This document shows positions 57,136 through 64,000 of a stretch of DNA of 64,000 bases, one piece after another. The notes beneath the pieces were generated by a model. That model saw only the letters and a list, made by a program, of their open reading frames with translations. It was not told the DNA's origin and ran no database searches. Source of the DNA: Patescibacteria group bacterium UBA2196. Its GTDB lineage: Bacteria > Patescibacteriota > Patescibacteriia > UBA2196. The first letter of the stretch is position 1. Every line of letters begins with the position of its first letter. The position numbers were made by a program, and so were the translations under genes. The stretch spans positions 69,882-133,881 of the forward strand of contig DCVE01000014.1 in the NCBI GenBank assembly GCA_002328025.1, given 5' to 3'.

Positions 57136-58908
57136 GTGAAAGATAAATCTTTAGTTCATCAAAAAAAATGGCGTCTAAAGTCGCCATGCCCAAAAGAATT
57201 TATTGAAAATTTTCCCGCCTACAGTGGGATTGTTTTGCAATTACTTTACGATCGTGGTTTAGATACACAAGAAAAGATTGATGAGTTTTTTAATCCGGAT
57301 TATAGTCAAGGCATTCATGACCCGTTTTTATTTTTGGACATGCAAAAAGCCGTAACTCGTATTGAGGCTGCTATAAAAAATAAAGAAAAAATTTTAATTC
57401 ACGGCGATTATGACGCAGACGGCGTAACCGCCACTGTGGTTTTAGAAAAAACTTTAAAAAAGTTAGGTGCCAAAAATGTTTATTTTTTCATTCCACATCG
57501 CGACATTGATGGTTATGGATTAAGTATAAAAAACGCGGAAAACTTTATCGCTCAAGGAATAAATTTAGTCATTACTGTTGATTGTGGTATTACAAATTTT
57601 GAACCCATAAAATTCTTAAAAGAAAAAAATATTGATACCATAATTGTCGATCATCATTTGGAGCTGGAAAATTTACCAGACGCCTATGCAATTTTAAATT
57701 GTTCCCTAAAAAGAGAAATTTACCCTTATAAAAAATTAGCTGGTGTGGGGATGGTGTTTAAATTAGCTCAGGCACTATTTTTACAGCAAAAAGACCCCGA
57801 GCAGTACGCGGCTTTTGAAAAATGGCTCTTGGACTTAGTGACCATTGGTACCATTGGTGATGTTTCGCCAATTTTGGGTGAAAACAGAACTTTGGTCAAA
57901 TACGGTTTAATGGTTCTAAACAAAACACCACGCAGAGGTTTACAAGAATTAATTAGTGTTGCCAGTCTTTCAAGTGGTGAAGAATTAAAAGGCCTGCCTT
58001 TGGGTAGTGATTTATATAATTTAAATGTCCGTAATATCAGTTTTCAAATTGTGCCGCGTTTAAATGCTGCTGGCCGTATTGACCACGCCAGCTTGGCGTA
58101 TAATCTTTTAACCACCGAAGATGAGATGACTGCCATTGCCTTAGCTCAAGATATTCAAAATAAAAATCTTAAACGACAAAAAATTGCTGAACAGATGCTA
58201 ACAGAAGCTAAGCAACAGTTTGATAAAGTAAACGATAAAAATAAAATATTGATTGCTTGTCAAGAAAATTGGACGCCTGGTTTGGTTGGTTTGGTGGCCG
58301 GTAAACTTAAAGATGAATTTTTTCGACCAGTAATCTTGTTTGCTCGTCAAAAAGATGGTTATGTTGGTTCTGGACGCAGTATCAGTGAATTTAACATTAC
58401 TGAAGCCCTGCAAACCACCAGCGCTTTTTTAGAGCGTTTTGGAGGGCATTCGCAGGCCTGTGGGCTATCAATTAAAGGTGAAAAAAATTATCAAAATTTT
58501 TTAAAAAAAATAATTTTAGAAGCCAATAAAAAATTAGAAAACATTGATTTAAAACCAGCCATTGATGTTGATGTCGAAGTAAAACTGGCTGATCTAAACT
58601 GGGAACTTTATGATCAACTCGAGCAGTTTGAACCTTTTGCTGAAGCTAATCCTATGCCATTATTTTTAATTAAAAAACTAAAGATAGAGCAGGTAGAATT
58701 AGTTGGAAAAGATAATAAACATTTACGTTTTTATTTATCACAGAATAATTTGAGTCGCAAAGCCATTTCTTTTGGTATGGCTGAAGAATGGGGAGGTGTG
58801 TTAAAAATTGGCGATTTTATTGATGCAGTGGTAGAATTTGGAATTAATGAATGGAATGGTAATCGCGAGCTGCAACTAAAAATCATAGATATAAGAACAA
58901 ACTCTTAA
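57136..58908 (+). CDS. recJ: single-stranded-DNA exonuclease RecJ
   Basis: GDYDADG, ITVDCG, DHH, PRLNAAGR, GSGRS, GGH; GTG at 57136 chosen to avoid overlap. Confidence 0.95.
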   Translation: MKDKSLVHQKKWRLKSPCPKEFIENFPAYSGIVLQLLYDRGLDTQEKIDEFFNPDYSQGIHDPFLFLDMQKAVTRIEAAIKNKEKILIHGDYDADGVTATVVLEKTLKKLGAKNVYFFIPHRDIDGYGLSIKNAENFIAQGINLVITVDCGITNFEPIKFLKEKNIDTIIVDHHLELENLPDAYAILNCSLKREIYPYKKLAGVGMVFKLAQALFLQQKDPEQYAAFEKWLLDLVTIGTIGDVSPILGENRTLVKYGLMVLNKTPRRGLQELISVASLSSGEELKGLPLGSDLYNLNVRNISFQIVPRLNAAGRIDHASLAYNLLTTEDEMTAIALAQDIQNKNLKRQKIAEQMLTEAKQQFDKVNDKNKILIACQENWTPGLVGLVAGKLKDEFFRPVILFARQKDGYVGSGRSISEFNITEALQTTSAFLERFGGHSQACGLSIKGEKNYQNFLKKIILEANKKLENIDLKPAIDVDVEVKLADLNWELYDQLEQFEPFAEANPMPLFLIKKLKIEQVELVGKDNKHLRFYLSQNNLSRKAISFGMAEEWGGVLKIGDFIDAVVEFGINEWNGNRELQLKIIDIRTNS

Positions 58909-58913
58909 TCTTT

Positions 58914-59336
58914 ATGTACAAAAAAATAATAATTTTTACCGATGGGGGAGCCAGAAACAATCCAGGTCCAGCCGGGATTGGAGTGGTATTTTTTATTGCC
59001 GAAAATTTAACTAAACCCTTGGCAACTCATAAAAAATATATTGGTTTAACCACCAATAATCAAGCTGAATATAAAGCTGTGGTGTTGGCCTTAGAGGAAG
59101 CTAAAAAAATAAAAGCTCAGGAAATCGAAGTAAGACTTGATTCGGAATTGGTTTGCAATCAAATTAATGGTCAATTTAAATTAAAAAATAAAGATTTCCA
59201 GGATAGTTTTATTAAAATATGGAATTTAAGACAAGGCTTTAAAAAATCAATTTTTAAACATATTCCACGTGAACAAAATAAGTTAGCTGATAAACTGGTC
59301 AACCAAGCCATTGATGAAGCTAATATAAATTATTGA
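58914..59336 (+). CDS. ribonuclease HI family protein
   Basis: FTDGGARNNPGPAG, TNNQAEY, DSELV, HIPREQN..AD. Confidence 0.92.
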   Translation: MYKKIIIFTDGGARNNPGPAGIGVVFFIAENLTKPLATHKKYIGLTTNNQAEYKAVVLALEEAKKIKAQEIEVRLDSELVCNQINGQFKLKNKDFQDSFIKIWNLRQGFKKSIFKHIPREQNKLADKLVNQAIDEANINY

Positions 59337-59361
59337 CAAAAAAATATATTCACTGTATTCT
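59333..59361 (+). promoter_or_regulatory. sigma70-type promoter for greA
   Basis: TTGACA-17 bp-TATTCT. Confidence 0.6.
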
Positions 59362-59388
59362 ATACAATATTAATTTTTATTTATTTAT

Positions 59389-59859
59389 ATGTCTGGTAAA
59401 CAAACCTACATCACTCTTGAGGGTTTAGAAAGACTTAAACAAGAACTTATAACCCTAAAAAATACCAAGCGCAAAGACGTTCTTGAGCGTATTCAAATTG
59501 CCAAAGAATATGGCGATTTATCAGAAAATGCCGAATATACTGATGCTAGAGACGAACAAGCTTTTGTTGAGGGTCGTATTGCCGAACTGGAAGAATTCAT
59601 GAAAAATGCCATTATTATCAAAGAACAAAATAAAAATATTGGTGTTAATATTGGTAATATTGTAAAAATAAAGGACAAGAGTAATAAGACAGTCAAAGAA
59701 TATGAAATTGTTGGTTCACAAGAGTCCGATCCAATGTCTGGAAAAATATCAAACGAATCACCTTTAGGTAAGGCTTTTTTAGGCCACAAAGTTGGAGAAA
59801 CCATAACAGTTAGTTTGCCTAAAGGCGTGATAGAATATGAAATAGTTGAAATAAAATAA
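59389..59859 (+). CDS. greA: transcription elongation factor GreA
   Basis: GDLSENAEY, ISNESPLGKA. Confidence 0.97.
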   Translation: MSGKQTYITLEGLERLKQELITLKNTKRKDVLERIQIAKEYGDLSENAEYTDARDEQAFVEGRIAELEEFMKNAIIIKEQNKNIGVNIGNIVKIKDKSNKTVKEYEIVGSQESDPMSGKISNESPLGKAFLGHKVGETITVSLPKGVIEYEIVEIK

Positions 59860-59870
59860 AATTTTAAACA

Positions 59871-59907
59871 TAAAAATACAGGGACTTCCAACCTGTATTT
59901 TTATTTG
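59871..59907 (+). terminator. intrinsic terminator
   Basis: TAAAAATACAGG / CCTGTATTTTTA. Confidence 0.7.
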
Positions 59908-60017
59908 CCGTCTTTATCAAATAATATTATAATTTAGAGACGAAAAAAAAATTTAAATATTTTTTAAAAAGGTGGTATAATATATTTATCCACAGATTAA
60001 AATTAATTTAAAAAAAT

Positions 60018-61310
60018 ATGTCTAAAAAACTCTTTCTTTTCTCATTTGTGCTGGCCATAATATTTGCTGGCGCTCTACTTATCTCGAATGTTCACGCCGC
60101 TACTACTGTGGGCGCTAATATAAATACCGGTGGCACCCTGACCGTAACTGGCAATATTCTGCAAGGCGCCAATAGTGCTATTTATCAAAATGATTTGCAA
60201 GTCTTTGTGGCTAGTTCGACCAATTATTCTGTCTTAGTCGGGACAGAAGCAGGTAAGAATTTAACTAATACAGGCACGTACAATGTTTTTATGGGTTATC
60301 AGGCTGGTTATACTGCAACCAGTAGTGTGAATTCTAATGTGGCAATTGGTTATCAGTCCATGTATGACGCCGGCAGCAATGGTGGGTGGGATTATGCTTT
60401 AAGTAATGTAGCGATTGGTTACAAAAGTCTTCATTCTGGGGTGTATCCTTTTTCTAATGTTGCTATTGGATATGAATCAATGTATTCTAATACAACTGGT
60501 TATGAAAACACAGCGGTGGGCAGTTATTCATTGCATAGTAATATCACTGGTAATTATAATACAGTTGTTGGGGATTATGCTGGCCAAGGTATTACTACCG
60601 GCGAATATAATGTTGCTTTGGGTTATCAGAGTAATTATTATAATACCTCGGGTTCTGAAAATACAACGGTTGGTAGCGGTTCGTTTGGATATTCAACAGA
60701 AGGATCTTGGAATTCAATATTAGGTTCGTCCGCTTATAATAAAGCCGTTAGATCGTTTGCCAACACAGCGGTTGGTTATCAAGCTGGTTATGGTGGCTCT
60801 AGTCCTAGTAATGCTTCCAGTACCTGGATTGGTTACCAAGCTGGCAAAGCCGTGACCTCGGGTAGTAGTAATATTGGCGTTGGTTATAAAGCAGGTGATA
60901 ATCTTACTACTGGCTCAAATAATATTGTGATTGGCTATGATATTGACGCTCCTTCAGCTACTGGCTCGAACAACATGACCATTGGTAATATTTTATTTGG
61001 TCGAAATATTGATGGCACAGGCACTTCAATTTCGAGTGGGGCGATTGGTATTGCCACCACCACACCTGGCGGTTGGTACGGTGAAAGATTGACAGTTGTT
61101 GGTAATACCTATATCCGCGGTACAGCCACCACCACTGGTAATTTTATCATTGGTGATGGCAATCCTACGGCCACTTCGACATTAGAAATTGGTGATATAG
61201 ATACAGCCGGTTGTTTAAAAATTCGTGATGCTGACGCTGATGCTTGGACATACTGTTATACAGATGATGGCACACTGGTCTGCACCGCTACTGATGTTTG
61301 CGGCAAATAG
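60018..61310 (+). CDS. secreted beta-solenoid repeat protein (adhesin/fibre-like)
   Basis: Signal peptide ending VHA; about 14 NxAxGYx(A/S) repeats; C-terminal domain with 4 Cys. Confidence 0.8.
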   Translation: MSKKLFLFSFVLAIIFAGALLISNVHAATTVGANINTGGTLTVTGNILQGANSAIYQNDLQVFVASSTNYSVLVGTEAGKNLTNTGTYNVFMGYQAGYTATSSVNSNVAIGYQSMYDAGSNGGWDYALSNVAIGYKSLHSGVYPFSNVAIGYESMYSNTTGYENTAVGSYSLHSNITGNYNTVVGDYAGQGITTGEYNVALGYQSNYYNTSGSENTTVGSGSFGYSTEGSWNSILGSSAYNKAVRSFANTAVGYQAGYGGSSPSNASSTWIGYQAGKAVTSGSSNIGVGYKAGDNLTTGSNNIVIGYDIDAPSATGSNNMTIGNILFGRNIDGTGTSISSGAIGIATTTPGGWYGERLTVVGNTYIRGTATTTGNFIIGDGNPTATSTLEIGDIDTAGCLKIRDADADAWTYCYTDDGTLVCTATDVCGK

Positions 61311-61333
61311 TTAAAACAAATTATATTTTTAAT

Positions 61334-61370
61334 TCCCCTTGTCTTGTTTGCAAGATAGGGGGTTTTGTTT
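61334..61370 (+). terminator. intrinsic terminator
   Basis: CCCCTTGTCTTG / CAAGATAGGGGG then T-rich tract. Confidence 0.7.
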
Positions 61371-61384
61371 TATAATAACTGTAT

Positions 61385-62863
61385 ATGGAATACCAAAACG
61401 AATATCAAACAAGACAACAAAAATTAGCTAAAATTAAAGAGCTGGGCATTAATCCTTATCCAGCTAGGTTTGCTAAAAAAAATCAAGTTTCTGATATAAA
61501 AAATTTGACTGATGGAGGGAAAATAGTTACGGCTGGCCGGATTTTAACCATTCGTATCATGGGTAAATTAGCTTTTGCACATCTGCAAGATTGGTCTGGC
61601 AAGGCACAAGTGGCTATTAAATCTGATGAAGTTGGCGAAGAACAATTTAAATTATTTCAAGATTTGTTTGATATGGGGGATTTTATTGGGGTGACAGGCG
61701 AAGTTTTTACCACGCATAAAGGTGAAAAAACATTATTAGTTAAAAAATTTGAATTTTTAGGTAAAGCTTTAAGGCCTTTACCAGAAAAATGGCATGGACT
61801 TAAAGATGAAGAAGCTTGTTATCGCCAAAGATATTTAGATTTGATTGCCAGTGAGGAAACTCGCCAAAGATTTAAATTTAGAAGTAATTTTATCAAAGCA
61901 CTGCGGGAATTTTATTGGCAGGAAGGTTTTACTGAAGTGGAAACACAAACCTTGATGCATTCTCCCACAGGGGCTTCAGCCAAACCCTATAAAACTCATA
62001 ATAATGGGCTGGATATTGATGTCTTTTTGCGCATTTCTCTCGAGTTGCCCTTAAAAGAGTTAATCGTCGGCGGGTATGAAAAAGTTTTTGAATTGGGCAA
62101 AGTTTTTCGCAATGAAGGTTTTGATCCGTCACATTTGCCAGAACATATGAGTTTGGAGCATTACAGCGCCTATTGGAATTTTGAAGATAATATGACTTTT
62201 GCTGAAAAAATGTTTGATTATTTGTTTGCCACATTAAAATTAAATAAAAAAATAAATATTATTGGTAAAGATGGTAAAGAGAGAGAGGTCAATTTTCAGA
62301 CACCCTGGAAAAGAGTAGATTTTGTGGAAATGATCAAAAAAGATGCGGGTATTGATATTGAAAAAATAAAAGAAGTGAAGGAGCTAAAAAAAGAAATCAA
62401 GAATAAAAAAATAGAAATTGAAGAAATAGAACATATGGGTTATGGCAGTTTGGTGGATGCGCTTTTTAAGAAAATTTCTCGGTCAAATATTGTTGGGCCA
62501 GTATTTTTGTATAATTATCCAGTGGAACTGCAACCGCTGGCGAGGAGAAGTGATGTTGACCAAAGCAAAGTAGAACAGTTTCAATTACTAATAAATGGTT
62601 GGGAAATCGTCAAGGCGTATTCAGAGCTTGTTGATCCGGCCGATCAAGCGGAAAGATTTAAAGAACAAGCTGAAGCGGCCAAAAAAGGCGATGAAGAAGC
62701 CCAAGCTGGCGATGATGACTATATTTTGGCTATGGAATATGGTATGCCACCAATTTCCGGCTTTGGGTTGGGTGTGGAAAGATTAATTACGCTTTTGACT
62801 GGGCAGACCAATTTGCGGAATGTGGTTTTGTTTCCGTTGATGAGACCGCAAGAAAAAGTATAA
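61385..62863 (+). CDS. lysS: lysine--tRNA ligase (class II)
   Basis: RIMGK..F, LPEKWHGL, RQRYLDL, FRNEG, EYGMPP.SG.G.G.ERL. Confidence 0.96.
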   Translation: MEYQNEYQTRQQKLAKIKELGINPYPARFAKKNQVSDIKNLTDGGKIVTAGRILTIRIMGKLAFAHLQDWSGKAQVAIKSDEVGEEQFKLFQDLFDMGDFIGVTGEVFTTHKGEKTLLVKKFEFLGKALRPLPEKWHGLKDEEACYRQRYLDLIASEETRQRFKFRSNFIKALREFYWQEGFTEVETQTLMHSPTGASAKPYKTHNNGLDIDVFLRISLELPLKELIVGGYEKVFELGKVFRNEGFDPSHLPEHMSLEHYSAYWNFEDNMTFAEKMFDYLFATLKLNKKINIIGKDGKEREVNFQTPWKRVDFVEMIKKDAGIDIEKIKEVKELKKEIKNKKIEIEEIEHMGYGSLVDALFKKISRSNIVGPVFLYNYPVELQPLARRSDVDQSKVEQFQLLINGWEIVKAYSELVDPADQAERFKEQAEAAKKGDEEAQAGDDDYILAMEYGMPPISGFGLGVERLITLLTGQTNLRNVVLFPLMRPQEKV

Positions 62864-62902
62864 CAAACAACAAATAACAAAGTATTTAAATAAATATTTT
62901 TT

Positions 62903-63385
62903 ATGTCACTTAATAAAGAAGAAATTAAAAAAAGAACTTTTATTTATTTTTTTATTTTTGGTTTAATACTTTTTTTAATCACCGTTTTTAACAATACGTT
63001 GTTTACTGAGCATGGCCCCAGACAAGGCGAGGTTGTAAGTACCTTTTTAACACCGATAGCTTTTTTTTTACTTAAAACCAATTTACCAGTTGTAGTAATT
63101 TTTTTAATATTACTTTTATCGTCTTTTATTATAGCTTCTGCACTGTGTTTAGTTCTTTTTATGATTTTTAAAGTTAAGATTGGTGAATTTTTTAAATTAA
63201 TTTTTATCGATTTTAAATCATTGTCTTTAATTAAAAAAATTAAAATAATAATTTTTGTATTATGCGGTTCTTACTTGGCATGGCTAATGTTTAACCTTTT
63301 TTTATACGATAGTTCCCCAAAATATTTAAACTCAATGAGTAATGGTTTTATAACCAGCTTAGAAAATATGGGCGTATTAAGATAG
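62903..63385 (+). CDS. hypothetical membrane protein
   Basis: Three to four hydrophobic segments; fills the gap between lysS and the HD gene. Confidence 0.6.
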   Translation: MSLNKEEIKKRTFIYFFIFGLILFLITVFNNTLFTEHGPRQGEVVSTFLTPIAFFLLKTNLPVVVIFLILLLSSFIIASALCLVLFMIFKVKIGEFFKLIFIDFKSLSLIKKIKIIIFVLCGSYLAWLMFNLFLYDSSPKYLNSMSNGFITSLENMGVLR

Positions 63386-63390
63386 TTTTT

Positions 63391-63984
63391 ATGTTTTTAT
63401 CTGTTTTAAATATTTCTCGTGAGACGTGTTTGAAGCTAGTAGAAAAATATGTCAGTCCGGAAGGGCAGAAGCATTTGTTTAACGTGGAGGTGGCGATGAG
63501 GGCGCTGGCCAAATATTTTAATGAGATAAAGCCGGGAAGCGAAGACGAGCACACTTGGGCGATGTGTGGATTGTTACACGATATTGATTATGAACAAATT
63601 ACTGGTAAAGAAAATATGGAGGCACACATGCAAGAACATAGTGGACCGCTAACGCAAAAATTTTTGAAAGAAATAGATTTTCCAGATGATTTGATTCGCG
63701 CCATTCAATCGCACAATGAAGTGCAAAATATTCCGAGGGATTCACAATTGGCCAAAGCGTTATTTGCAGTTGATGGCTTGACGGGTTTTATTGTGGCCGT
63801 GTCTAAGGTCATGCCGGATAAAAAAGTGGCTTCAGTAAAAATTGAATCAGTTTTAAAAAGATTTAAAGAAGCGCGCTTTGCCGCGGCAGTGAATCGAGAA
63901 AACATTTTTACCTGCGAGAGTGAACTTGGGATTTCGAGGGAGAAGTTTGTGGAGATCGTTTTAGAGAGCATGAAGAAGATTTAA
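63391..63984 (+). CDS. HD/HDIG-domain metal-dependent hydrolase
   Basis: KH...VE..M, GLLHDIDYE, AIQSH, L.AVD.L.G, FAAAVNRE. Confidence 0.88.
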   Translation: MFLSVLNISRETCLKLVEKYVSPEGQKHLFNVEVAMRALAKYFNEIKPGSEDEHTWAMCGLLHDIDYEQITGKENMEAHMQEHSGPLTQKFLKEIDFPDDLIRAIQSHNEVQNIPRDSQLAKALFAVDGLTGFIVAVSKVMPDKKVASVKIESVLKRFKEARFAAAVNRENIFTCESELGISREKFVEIVLESMKKI

Positions 63985-64000
63985 GATCTAAGAATTATTT

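Noticed and set aside
1-64000. Alternative genetic code (TGA recoding as in some CPR lineages)
   Set aside because: Conserved genes are full length in code 11 and several end in TGA (hsp20, mnmA, prfA).

Overview
AT-rich bacterial chromosomal window read in genetic code 11 (TGA acts as stop), almost certainly from a Patescibacteria/CPR genome (inference from gene content: orphan pilins, DUF3048, paired VirD4-like ATPases, sigma4-HTH protein, short HrcA and TsaB, few Shine-Dalgarno sites). Mostly housekeeping: translation (rplY, prmC, prfA, rpmE, rpsB, tsf, valS, lysS, mnmA, tsaB, tRNA-Pro), a CIRCE-controlled hrcA-grpE-hsp20-dnaK-dnaJ operon, secDF/secA, mreBCD/mrdA/rodA, glycan enzymes, and a pduL-ackA-2-oxoacid:ferredoxin oxidoreductase cluster. 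I saw no CRISPR array, rRNA, transposase or integrase. Best leads: an uncalled 45-aa, 11-Cys metallothionein-like gene; a family of heptamer-periodic palindromic intergenic elements; a circularly permuted parvulin inside SecD; an ASCH domain inside ValRS; fused and split copies of a VirD4-like ATPase module; a poly-G frameshift in an RNase Z-like gene; and antisense orphan cassettes with strong SD sites and microsatellites in their promoter spacers. All family assignments come from motif recognition by eye, with no database searches.
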